DNA of 64,000 nt from a bacterium (GTDB lineage Bacteria > Zhuqueibacterota > QNDG01 > JAFGCO01). The DNA is taken from NCBI GenBank assembly GCA_016932575.1, contig JAFGCO010000011.1, positions 10,851 to 74,850 on the forward strand, read 5' to 3'. This document shows, piece by piece, positions 9,434 through 18,694 of the stretch; the first letter of the stretch is position 1; each line of letters begins with the position of its first letter. Both the position numbers and the translations under genes were made by a program. The notes under the pieces were generated by a model. The model ran no database searches, was not told where the DNA came from, and saw only the letters and a program-made list of their open reading frames with translations.

Positions 9434-11290
9434 ATGAAAAAGAGTCTCATGGGGATTGTATTTTATGTCCTGTGCTTTTGGAGCCCGGGAAATTCCCTTG
9501 TTTTTTCCGAAGATATTGCTGCCCTGATCTGGAAGCTGTCTGCCGATCTGACTGTGACATCTATTGCGCCGACCAGTGATATTGACGGGGACAGTATACC
9601 GGACGTCTTTGTGGGATCGGCCGATCATCTGGTCTATTGCCTTTCCGGGAGCGTTATTCGTCAGGGCGAGATACTCTGGTCCTGGAATTTCGGTGCGCCT
9701 GTATGGACAGTGGCCTCTATTCCGGATATTAACAGAGACGGGGCGGATGACTGCCTGGTTGGGTGTGCTGACAATACCATATACTGCATGTCCGGAAATC
9801 CGGTTCAGGGCCTTTCGGAAATTTTGTGGTCGTACGGTGTGGACGGCGATATTTTTACGATAGCGGTTCTGAACGATCTGAATGATGATGGAATCGATGA
9901 CTGTGTGATGGGGACCAATGATGATCAGGTTTGCTGTCTTGACGGGGCATGGGGTCAGGTGCTCTGGTCCTACCGGGATCCGGCAGTTGGCGCCATCAAG
10001 TCGGTGAGTGCCATCTCCGATGTCAACAATGACGGACTGGATGACTGCCTGGCAGGCGGCGAGAATGACAAGGTGGTCTGTCTGTCCGGGGGCAGTACCG
10101 GAAATGGAGATCTGATCTGGTATTGCAATACCCAGAGCACCGTTCTTTCTGTCAACACTATTGAGGATGTGAATGAGGATAACAAGCCGGATTGCCTGGC
10201 AGGCGGAGAGGATAATTTTGTGTATTGTATATCCGGTAGCGGCTCGGGAAAAAATGATCCCCTCTGGCGCTGTGATATGGGCTCAACTGTAAAATCCGTT
10301 TCTTCTATTGCTGATGTCAATCAGGATGGCATATGGGATTGTCTGGCGGGCAGTGAGAGTTGGGACGATAATATTTATTGTATTTCCGGAGTCACTGGTC
10401 ACGTTCTGTGGTCAAATAAACTCCCCAGCAGTGTTCTCAGTGTGTGCTCCATTGATGATGTCAATGACAGCGGGTTTCATGATTGCATTGCAGGGTGTGA
10501 AAATGACCGGATCTATTGTCTTGAAGGAGGACAGGGAACAGCAATCTGGTCTTACGAGACAGGCGGTGCAGTGAACTGCGTGGTGACAGTGGCCGACCTG
10601 AACGGAAACCTGATTGATGACGTGTTAGGCGGGTCCACGGACAGCTATGTTTACGCTTTAGACGGGGGGGATATTTTAATCGAGGTTGTCAGTCCGCCGA
10701 TTGTTCCCACAGGACCATCCGGGGAAGTATCAGAAGGCAAAACCGGCAACCCAATGGTGCTCGTCACAGGCGGATCGGCCAGCAGTTTTCATCATCCGGT
10801 GGAATACCGGTTTGACTGGGGAGATGAAACGGTTTCGGTTTGGGGAGATTCGAGCCGGAGTCATATCTGGGAAGAGGCTGGCTCATATGAGGTCAGAGCG
10901 CAGGCCAGGTGTGCTCTTCATCCAACGGTACTCAGCGAGTGGTCTGATAATGTAATCGTGAAAATTGTTGAAAAGACACTTGTGAACCGCCATCCAGCAG
11001 AAGATGTGCCCATTCATTTCTGCCTTTATCAGAATTATCCGAATCCCTTTAATTTAATGACCACGATAGAATATCAGGTTCCAAAAGCCTGTCAGGTGAC
11101 CATTAATGTATACAGTATCCATAGTCACCTGATCGCATGCATTGTTGATGGATTTTTCGAGGCCGGGAATTATCGAATTAACTGGGAGGGGAGAACCTCT
11201 TCCGGCACCATCGCATCATCGGGCTGCTATATTTACTGCATGAAAGCCGGAGAATATATCGCGGTCAAAGACATGCTTCTGCTGAAATGA
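9434..11290 (+). CDS. Secreted FG-GAP/integrin-like beta-propeller protein (about 8 blades with Ca-binding DxNxDGxxD loops) carrying a T9SS C-terminal sorting domain
   Basis: Signal peptide. Eight repeats of the form DINRDGADDCLVGCADNTIYCMSG. C-terminal ...YQNYPNPFNLMTTIEYQVP...VYSIHSHLIACIVDGFFEAGNYRINWEG...LLLK matches the Por_Secre_tail / T9SS type-A sorting domain. Confidence 0.7.
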   Translation: MKKSLMGIVFYVLCFWSPGNSLVFSEDIAALIWKLSADLTVTSIAPTSDIDGDSIPDVFVGSADHLVYCLSGSVIRQGEILWSWNFGAPVWTVASIPDINRDGADDCLVGCADNTIYCMSGNPVQGLSEILWSYGVDGDIFTIAVLNDLNDDGIDDCVMGTNDDQVCCLDGAWGQVLWSYRDPAVGAIKSVSAISDVNNDGLDDCLAGGENDKVVCLSGGSTGNGDLIWYCNTQSTVLSVNTIEDVNEDNKPDCLAGGEDNFVYCISGSGSGKNDPLWRCDMGSTVKSVSSIADVNQDGIWDCLAGSESWDDNIYCISGVTGHVLWSNKLPSSVLSVCSIDDVNDSGFHDCIAGCENDRIYCLEGGQGTAIWSYETGGAVNCVVTVADLNGNLIDDVLGGSTDSYVYALDGGDILIEVVSPPIVPTGPSGEVSEGKTGNPMVLVTGGSASSFHHPVEYRFDWGDETVSVWGDSSRSHIWEEAGSYEVRAQARCALHPTVLSEWSDNVIVKIVEKTLVNRHPAEDVPIHFCLYQNYPNPFNLMTTIEYQVPKACQVTINVYSIHSHLIACIVDGFFEAGNYRINWEGRTSSGTIASSGCYIYCMKAGEYIAVKDMLLLK

Positions 11291-11326
11291 TTGAAGAGAA
11301 AAACATTTTGGAAGGCTTTGGGAATA

Positions 11327-12445
11327 ATGAGCGGCAATAACCTCTTCAAAATCATGGTCGTCATGGGAACACGGCCGGAGGCCATTAAACTGGCGCCGGT
11401 TGTGCTTGAACTGAAAAAGCAGTCCGATATTCAGCCGGTTATCGTGGCCACTGCACAGCATCGGGAGATGCTGGATCAGGTGCTGGCCCATTTCCTGATT
11501 GCGCCTGATATGGATCTTGATCTCATGATTCCCGACCAGACCCTGTTTCATCTTACAGGAGCGGCCATTCATGGATTCGAAGCAGTTTTCCAAAAAATCA
11601 GGCCCGATTTGATTCTGGTACAGGGAGATACAACCACATCTTTCATCGGCGCACTGGCCGGATTTTATAAAAAAATCAGGGTCGGCCATGTGGAGGCAGG
11701 ACTCAGAACCGGCAACAAGTATTCTCCCTTTCCTGAAGAGATCAATCGAAAATTGGTTTCTGTACTTGCTGATTACCATTTTGCCCCCACGCCGGGCAAC
11801 CGAAAAAACCTGATCGCCGAAGGAGCCGCGCCCGAAAACATTATTGTCACCGGAAATACGGTGATCGATGCATTGCACCTGACCGTGGACGACAATTTCA
11901 CCTCAGAGATGCTCTCCTCACGGGATTATGACCGTTTTATCCTGATCACCGCCCACAGAAGAGAAAATTTCGGCAAACCCCTGGAAAACATCTGCGAGGC
12001 TGTCCGGCAAATGGCCATGCATCATTCAGACTGGATCTTTATGTATCCGGTTCATCTCAACAAAAATGTTCAGGAACCTGTCCGTCGTATACTCAGCGGT
12101 ATGCACAATGTCCATTTGGCCGATCCCATGGATTATTACACCTTTGCCAATTATATGGCCGCTTCCGATCTCATTCTGACAGATTCCGGAGGCATACAGG
12201 AGGAAGCGCCCAGTCTTGCAAAACCGGTTTTGGTTTTAAGAGATGAAACCGAAAGGCCAGAAGCAGTCGAAGCCGGTACAGTGAAAATCATTGGAACGAA
12301 CCTAAAGACGATTATTTCAGAGACGGAATATCTTCTGAAGAACAAAGAGGCATATGAACAGATGACCAGGGCTCATAATCCATACGGCGACGGTAAAGCA
12401 TCGGAAAGAATCGTGACGTTTATTCGAAATACAATCATGTCATAG
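11327..12445 (+). CDS. wecB: UDP-N-acetylglucosamine 2-epimerase (non-hydrolysing)
   Basis: KIMVVMGTRPEAIKLAPVV, GDTTTSF and HVEAGLRT are classical WecB/MnaA motifs. The track start 11291 is TTG. ATG 11327 (MSGNN...) has GGAAGG upstream. Confidence 0.85.
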   Translation: MSGNNLFKIMVVMGTRPEAIKLAPVVLELKKQSDIQPVIVATAQHREMLDQVLAHFLIAPDMDLDLMIPDQTLFHLTGAAIHGFEAVFQKIRPDLILVQGDTTTSFIGALAGFYKKIRVGHVEAGLRTGNKYSPFPEEINRKLVSVLADYHFAPTPGNRKNLIAEGAAPENIIVTGNTVIDALHLTVDDNFTSEMLSSRDYDRFILITAHRRENFGKPLENICEAVRQMAMHHSDWIFMYPVHLNKNVQEPVRRILSGMHNVHLADPMDYYTFANYMAASDLILTDSGGIQEEAPSLAKPVLVLRDETERPEAVEAGTVKIIGTNLKTIISETEYLLKNKEAYEQMTRAHNPYGDGKASERIVTFIRNTIMS

Positions 12446-12492
12446 ATGTATCATTGCTCTAATTGAATAAACCAGTGACAATACTGAATTAT

Positions 12493-14421
12493 TTATATTT
12501 TTGTTTTCATGGCGGTTCGGATTTTTTGCAGTAATGCGACCATCGTATAGGGCTTTTCCAAAAGGGGATACGCCTTCTTTTGAATGTCAGACCATTTGGA
12601 GCTGTATTCAGGATAGCCGCTGGTCAATAAAATGTGAATATCCGGCTTTTTAGCCAATAATGTTTCAACAAGTTCAACCCCGCTTTCACCGGACAATTCC
12701 ACATCACTGAAAACCAGATCAAAACTACCATTTTCTTTATCGAAAACTTCCATGGCCTCTTTGACATTGGCGGCCGCAAAGGTGATAAAATTGTTTTTGA
12801 TTAAAGCTTTTTCCATAAAGGTTCTGACTTTTTTATCATCTTCAACAAAAAGAATACGTTCACCGTTTCCCTTAAGAGACTGGATGGGCAGTTCTTTATT
12901 TGTTTCAATATCCGGATGTTTCGGAACTGCCTCAAAATAGATATTGAAGGTGGTTCCCGTTGCCGGTTTGCTTTTCACTTCAATCCATCCGTTGTGTTCC
13001 TTCACAATACCAAATATCACGGCCAATCCCAGACCTGTCCCCTTATCATGCTTTTTGGTGGTGAAAAAAGGCTCAAAAATACGTTCCAGGGTTTTTTTAT
13101 GCATGCCAACACCCGTGTCCGTTATTGAGAGGCAGACAAAATGACCGGGTCTGGCTTCGGTACTTAGACTGCTTTGCTTCTCAGAGATGGTCACATGCTT
13201 GGTTTCAATGGTCAGCGTGCCGCCTTCGGGCATTGCGTCCCGGGCATTCATGGACATATTCAGGAGAATTTGTTCCAGAGTGCCTTTATCTGCTTTGACG
13301 GAGCACAGATCCTGAAGCAGGGATTCTTTGATCTTAATATGTTCTCCAATCAATCGGCGAATCATATTGGTCATATTTTTAATCAGGACGTTTAAATCGA
13401 GAACCTCAAATGACATGGGCTTGTTGCAACTGAAGACCAACAGTTTGCGTGTTAAATCGGCAGCCTGATCCGCAGAATCCTGAATTTGCTGAATGAATTG
13501 ATAAAGGTTGGACTGCTGTGCCAGGTCCGGAAGGATCAGTTCTGTTGTCCCCCGAATGGCAGTTAAAATATTGTTGAAATCGTGTGCGACACCTCCTGCC
13601 AGGGCTCCTATAGCATCCATCTTGCAAGCCTGTCTGAGCTGCTCTTCCATTTGTTTTTTTTCTGTGATGTTCCGAAAAACCAATACGACACCATTGAGTT
13701 TGCCGCGATCATCCCTGATGGGTGCTGCATTGTCATCAATCGGTATTTTTTTGCCGTTTTTCGCGATGAGCAATGTATTGTTGGTCAGGGAAACGGGCTT
13801 CCCTGTATTCAGCACCGTTCCGACCGGGTCGTTCACCCACTCTGTTTCGTTATCGTTGGTAATATGAAATACCATATTTATGTTTTTACCTATGCCTTCT
13901 TTCTGTGACCATCCGGTCAGTTTTTCTGCACCGGGATTCATAGAAACAATGGATCCTTTCCTGTCTGTTGTGATTACCGCATCGCCGATACAATTTAAGG
14001 TGGTGGAAAGCCATTCTTCATTTGCTTTGAGCTTCTTTTCCATCTCATGCTTATAGAGAGAGATTTCAATGGATGAACTTACCTCTCTCTCATCCAGAGG
14101 CTTCAGTATGTACCCGTAAGGTTCAGCTCGTTTTGCTCTTGTTAAAGTCTGTTTGTCTGAATAGGCTGTTAAAAAAACAACCGGGATATCATAATGCTCA
14201 TGGATATATTCAGCAGCATCGAGCCCTCCCATTTCATCACCCAGCATGATATCCATTAATACCAGATCAGGCCGGTTGGATTGAGTTGATTGAATGGCAG
14301 CTTCTTTTGACCTGACTGAATCGGTGACATGATAACCCAGGTCCTCCAGTCTTTCCTGGATCTCCAGGGCAATAATGTGCTCATCTTCAACAACCAGTAT
14401 TTTTTTCTTATCGGTATTCAT
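12493..14421 (-). CDS. Hybrid sensor histidine kinase/response regulator (REC-PAS-HisKA-HATPase-REC)
   Basis: N-terminal receiver ILVVEDEHIIALEI...DLVLMDIML. PAS. H-box HDFNNILTAIRG. HATPase GTGLGLA. C-terminal receiver ERILFVEDDKKVR...DLVFSDVEL. SD AAGAGG. Confidence 0.85.
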   Translation of the reverse strand: MNTDKKKILVVEDEHIIALEIQERLEDLGYHVTDSVRSKEAAIQSTQSNRPDLVLMDIMLGDEMGGLDAAEYIHEHYDIPVVFLTAYSDKQTLTRAKRAEPYGYILKPLDEREVSSSIEISLYKHEMEKKLKANEEWLSTTLNCIGDAVITTDRKGSIVSMNPGAEKLTGWSQKEGIGKNINMVFHITNDNETEWVNDPVGTVLNTGKPVSLTNNTLLIAKNGKKIPIDDNAAPIRDDRGKLNGVVLVFRNITEKKQMEEQLRQACKMDAIGALAGGVAHDFNNILTAIRGTTELILPDLAQQSNLYQFIQQIQDSADQAADLTRKLLVFSCNKPMSFEVLDLNVLIKNMTNMIRRLIGEHIKIKESLLQDLCSVKADKGTLEQILLNMSMNARDAMPEGGTLTIETKHVTISEKQSSLSTEARPGHFVCLSITDTGVGMHKKTLERIFEPFFTTKKHDKGTGLGLAVIFGIVKEHNGWIEVKSKPATGTTFNIYFEAVPKHPDIETNKELPIQSLKGNGERILFVEDDKKVRTFMEKALIKNNFITFAAANVKEAMEVFDKENGSFDLVFSDVELSGESGVELVETLLAKKPDIHILLTSGYPEYSSKWSDIQKKAYPLLEKPYTMVALLQKIRTAMKTKI

Positions 14422-14443
14422 GATTCGCCTCTTTATTTATAGA

Positions 14444-15865
14444 TCATATTTCGAAAATAATTTTATATTCTGTTCCATTGTTTCGGTTGATTTCCATCAT
14501 GCCATCCAGCTGTTTAATTAAAGTATTGACAAGCCGCAATCCCAGGGTGTTCACATTTTTCATATCAATTTCATCAGGCATTCCAATGCCATTGTCCTTT
14601 ACATCAATAATGGCCCGGTCGCTGTCGATAGTATCTATTTTAATCTTGATCTCCCCTTTGCGGGCATTCGGGAAGGCATGTTTCAGGGAGTTTGATATCA
14701 GTTCATTGATGATCAATCCACAGGGAATGGCCTTGTCAATATTGATTTCGAAATTACCGATTTCCTTATGAATAGAGATATTTAATGAACTAACACGATA
14801 TGACTTGATTAAATAGGATGTCAGACTGCTTATATATTTGGAAAAATCAATATGAACAATATCCTCTGACTGGTACAGTTTTTCATGAATTAATGCCATC
14901 GCTTTAATTCGGTTTTGGCTTTCTTTGAACATTTCTAAAGCTTCATTATTTTTGATTTTCTTGGACTGGAGAAAAAGCAGACTGGAAATAACCTGCAGGT
15001 TGTTTTTAACACGATGGTGAATTTCTTTTAGAAGAATTTCCTTTTCTTCCAGGGAAGCCTTTATTTTTTTCTCTGCACTTTTACGCTGAATCAGCTCTTC
15101 GTGCAATTGCCTTGCCCGGTTCTCAAGTTCATGGCTGGCATTTTGAAGCGCAATATTTTGATTCTGAATTTGTGTCAGCATTTCATTAAACTGCTCAGTG
15201 AAAAAACCCAATTCATCTTCACTTGATTTTTGTGCACGGACTGAATAATCCTGATTCAGGGAAATTTTTTGGGCAACCTTTGCAAGGTGTAAGATGGGTT
15301 CAGAGACAACGCGCTGTAACCGGGTTGTCATCAGGAAACTGACTAAAATCGCCACGAGCAATACCAAAATCACAATAATAAAATTTCGCCTGAGCCTGGC
15401 TTTAATTTCTTCCAGACTTGATTGGATATATACCTTTCCTATTTTTTCCTGATCCAGCATAATATCCCTGTATATAACAAAGTGGTCTTTGTAAAAATAA
15501 GCGCCGTTCTCCTTTGGCATGGGCGGCAAAGACTGAATATCCACACCTTCAATTTTGTACTTTGCAAAAATTTTATCGTTCTTATCATAGATGGCGGCAA
15601 AAAGAATATATTTTTCTGCTTTTAATAAAATGGACAGGGTTTCCTTGGCATCATCTTCATTATCAAAAATTAGTGCTGCAGTGCAGTGATTTCCAATAAT
15701 CTCCGCGAGTGTATCCATCTTATGTTTAATGACTTCCCGATAATTGAGCTGATCTGAAGTGATTAAGGCAGCACAAGCAATAAGAAGCGCAACACTGCTG
15801 CTGAACATTGTGATTGCTGTCAGCTTCTGTTTGATAAAAAGCTTATGGAAAAGCTGCTTTTTCAT
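14444..15865 (-). CDS. Sensor histidine kinase, HisKA_2 family, with a periplasmic sensor domain flanked by two TM helices
   Basis: TM1, a ~125-aa periplasmic domain, TM2, a HAMP-like segment and a coiled coil. HisKA_2 H-box [17 protein letters not shown]. HATPase_c follows. It lies 22 nt upstream of the hybrid kinase. Confidence 0.8.
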   Translation of the reverse strand: MKKQLFHKLFIKQKLTAITMFSSSVALLIACAALITSDQLNYREVIKHKMDTLAEIIGNHCTAALIFDNEDDAKETLSILLKAEKYILFAAIYDKNDKIFAKYKIEGVDIQSLPPMPKENGAYFYKDHFVIYRDIMLDQEKIGKVYIQSSLEEIKARLRRNFIIVILVLLVAILVSFLMTTRLQRVVSEPILHLAKVAQKISLNQDYSVRAQKSSEDELGFFTEQFNEMLTQIQNQNIALQNASHELENRARQLHEELIQRKSAEKKIKASLEEKEILLKEIHHRVKNNLQVISSLLFLQSKKIKNNEALEMFKESQNRIKAMALIHEKLYQSEDIVHIDFSKYISSLTSYLIKSYRVSSLNISIHKEIGNFEINIDKAIPCGLIINELISNSLKHAFPNARKGEIKIKIDTIDSDRAIIDVKDNGIGMPDEIDMKNVNTLGLRLVNTLIKQLDGMMEINRNNGTEYKIIFEI

Positions 15866-15871
15866 TTCATT

Positions 15872-16444
15872 CTATTCAAGTGAAGGTTCTGGAATATCTG
15901 CCATTTTCAACAGTTTTGTACTCATCTTTAAACCGGACTGTTTAACAGCTTCGCTGTTGATTTCAAAGCGTATCTTTTTTTTCTTGATAATAAAATTAAT
16001 CATTCCGCCATCTTTGGAAAAATTGGTTTCATCACCCACTGTAAGAATACTGTTATTTTTAATTTTACTGAATATTTGAGACCGCCGGTCTCTGTTGTCC
16101 ACACCAATGAACAGGATATGGCAAGACGACAAATCTTCCAGATTCTGATAGCGCCTGATTCTGAACTCTCGATTTTTTATTTGTTTCCCCTCAATGGTTT
16201 TTTCCAGATCAATGCCATAAGGATCACTGCCGATAATACCAATCACAAACGGTGAATCCGGATTATTGAATGATTCTTCGGGCCAATCCACAAATCTTGC
16301 AAAATTATACAGATATTTGGCCTTGATCTGATACTCTGTCGGAATGACAGTAAATCCCATTTGTGAATAACTATTTGATCCCCCAAGAATTATGATAAAT
16401 ACGGTAAAACATCGGATTGAAATGATGTTAATTTTAGGTAACAT
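15872..16444 (-). CDS. YfiR-like periplasmic protein (DUF4154)
   Basis: Signal peptide from the ATG at 16444 (MLPKINIISIRCFTVFIIILGG); the track start 16477 is TTG. It carries the DUF4154 hallmark YLYNFARFVDWP. It is the first gene of a minus-strand operon with the two kinases. Confidence 0.65.
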   Translation of the reverse strand: MLPKINIISIRCFTVFIIILGGSNSYSQMGFTVIPTEYQIKAKYLYNFARFVDWPEESFNNPDSPFVIGIIGSDPYGIDLEKTIEGKQIKNREFRIRRYQNLEDLSSCHILFIGVDNRDRRSQIFSKIKNNSILTVGDETNFSKDGGMINFIIKKKKIRFEINSEAVKQSGLKMSTKLLKMADIPEPSLE

Positions 16445-16771
16445 ATGTTCTATTTTTGAAATATTTTTCAATTCCAATCAACCCATAAAACATTAATAAA
16501 CAAGATATTATTTCTAAAAATCAATAATAAATCACAATGTTTTATGAAAATCTCTTTTTCATTATGGAATCATGATCCTTTTTATCTCAATTTCATATCC
16601 AGGGGGATTGTTCAGCTGCAGTCGCAGAATGAAGGGATGATAAATCCAGATTTTCCAATAAGGTTACACAGTAAACAAATTTAATCAATGGTGAAGGAGA
16701 AGTTTTATGCTCATCCTTTTCCCCGGTTCCGATATCCTGTTTTTATTAAAACCTGTATTTTTTATGAAATG

Positions 16772-16787
16772 TGCAAACGATATGCCA
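16772..16787 (-). promoter_or_regulatory. Sigma-54 -24/-12 promoter on the minus strand (TGGCAT-N5-TTGCA)
   Basis: Plus strand reads TGCAAacgatATGCCA, which is TGGCATatcgtTTGCA on the minus strand. This is a perfect consensus. It lies ~330 nt upstream of the YfiR-like gene. Palindromes ATTCAATTGAAT (16820..16831) and GCAGGCgGCCTGC (16845..16857) lie just upstream. Confidence 0.55.
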
Positions 16788-17190
16788 GGTTGATATGTGA
16801 ATAACAGGGTAATGTCTATATTCAATTGAATACCGTGTTGCACAGCAGGCGGCCTGCTTTGGTATTGCAGTTAATCAAAATTAAGGACATATGGCACGGC
16901 TGCCGGTTTTTTAAGGGGAGCCATAATTTCATAAAATAATCAGTCAATTTCAGTAATATCAGTTCAATAAAGGCCTTTCTATTTTGGATGATGTCGTCAT
17001 GCCGGCATATTTACATGTCATTCCTTCGATGACGAAACAGCGAACCTGACCTGGCATTATAGTAAAAGATTATGTTTGATAAGAAATAAATAATTAATTA
17101 CATTTACTTGACGAGTACCATCAACAGGGTGTTTTGCTTTGTGTTTCCAATGAGTAAAAATCGATAAATATTTATACCTGAAGCCATGAT

Positions 17191-17706
17191 ATGAAAAACA
17201 AACACACCAAAGAAGCAGCATACTGGATCGAAAAACTCGACCTGAAACCGCATCCGGAAGGCGGGCATTACCGCGAAGTGTTCGCCGGATCGGACCAAAT
17301 CCGGGCCGATGCCCTGCCCCCCGGATTCACTGGCCCGAGAAAAACATACACCTCCATTTACTTTTTACTGGAAAGCCATCAGATTTCACGTCTTCATCGT
17401 TTAAAGTCGGACGAACTCTGGAACTTTTATTCAGGCAGTCCGATTCGGATTCACGTCATCAGGCCTGACGGAACCCATGAAGAGCGTATACTCGGGCCCG
17501 ATCCGGAAAATGGAGAGGCATTTCAGTATTGTGTTCCGTCCGGATGCTGGTTTGGAAGCCTGGTTAGTGAACCCCAAAGCTACGCACTGGCCGGCTGTTT
17601 CGTCGCGCCGGGATTTGATTTTCAGGATTTTGAACTGGGAAGCAGGGAGTCCCTGATCCATACGTTTCCTGAGCACAAGACGATTATCCAGAAATTGACG
17701 TCTTGA
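17191..17706 (+). CDS. Cupin-fold protein, DUF985 family
   Basis: KLDLKPHPEGGHYREVF is the DUF985 signature. Confidence 0.7.
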   Translation: MKNKHTKEAAYWIEKLDLKPHPEGGHYREVFAGSDQIRADALPPGFTGPRKTYTSIYFLLESHQISRLHRLKSDELWNFYSGSPIRIHVIRPDGTHEERILGPDPENGEAFQYCVPSGCWFGSLVSEPQSYALAGCFVAPGFDFQDFELGSRESLIHTFPEHKTIIQKLTS

Positions 17707-17847
17707 ACCATTCATTCCGGCTCAAAAAGGATTTCCATAAAGACAAACAATGCTGAAACCCAATACTTGAACAATGATGCATGATATGCCCTTAAGCAGC
17801 GCTGTTATTTTTTAAAAAATGAATTTATCGTGGGAGGTTAAGACCGA

Positions 17848-18585
17848 ATGGATAAACAAAATGCCTTTTCCACTCACTCCTCATGGAATCATTATTATAA
17901 ATTATGCGGAGTGACGACCCTACTCATGATGATACTTTTTTTATTTGACGTGATAATATGGAGCGTGTTCGGGCCGTACCCAGACTCCGCCGAGGGTTGG
18001 TTCAATCTATTACAGCAAAATCGATTGCTCGGTTTGTCGTTGCTTTCGTTTCCGACTCTTTTGGGTATCATCTTGTATTATATGACATTTCTTGGTCTGT
18101 ACAATCTTTTAAAGAAAATTGAACCGGCTTTTGCATCTCTGGCATTGCTTCTTTCCTTTACAGGTTTGACAATTTTAATAATTACCAATATGGCTTATCC
18201 ACTGGTTCAATTAAATGATCAATATGGTTCTGCCACCTCTGAGGCACAGAAAATGTTATTGATAACAGCAGGCGAGATAAAAATCGTGACTGCTGTGACA
18301 GGTTCGAAGATTGGCGGATTCTTTGCGGAAGGAGCTGCTGTTATTTTTTCAATTCTTATGTTTAAAGATCCTGTTTTCGGTAAAACAGCTGGCTGGCTTG
18401 GCGTCATTGGCCATGGTCTTGATTTTATTCGAATCATTATGACCTTGACCTTCTTGCCGGAGAATATCGGAGCAATACTTTTAATGATCGGCGGTCTGCC
18501 TCAATTTATCTGGTTGATTATTGTAGGAATCAAATTTATTCATTTAGGGCAATTAAAACGAGCACCTGCAACAATCGTGAACTGA
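17848..18585 (+). CDS. Integral membrane protein (DUF4386-like)
   Basis: SD GGGAGG. Six hydrophobic helices. Confidence 0.5.
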   Translation: MDKQNAFSTHSSWNHYYKLCGVTTLLMMILFLFDVIIWSVFGPYPDSAEGWFNLLQQNRLLGLSLLSFPTLLGIILYYMTFLGLYNLLKKIEPAFASLALLLSFTGLTILIITNMAYPLVQLNDQYGSATSEAQKMLLITAGEIKIVTAVTGSKIGGFFAEGAAVIFSILMFKDPVFGKTAGWLGVIGHGLDFIRIIMTLTFLPENIGAILLMIGGLPQFIWLIIVGIKFIHLGQLKRAPATIVN

Positions 18586-18694
18586 ATTTATATGTTTAAA
18601 TAAACAAAGGGCCAACGCCGGACCGGTAAATACGGTGCATGATCCCGAATCGATGAGACAATTTTTAAATAAAATTTAAGGAGGATACCCGACA

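Noticed and set aside
16880-16900. TGGCACggctgccgg, considered as a fourth sigma-54 promoter
   Set aside because: The GG-N10-GC spacing is not satisfied and there is no TTGC -12 element.
16480-17190. Search for tRNA or tmRNA in the 700-bp intergenic region, and likewise in 19976..20470
   Set aside because: No GTTCGA-TCC T-loop, no acceptor/CCA context and no cloverleaf-compatible stems were found.
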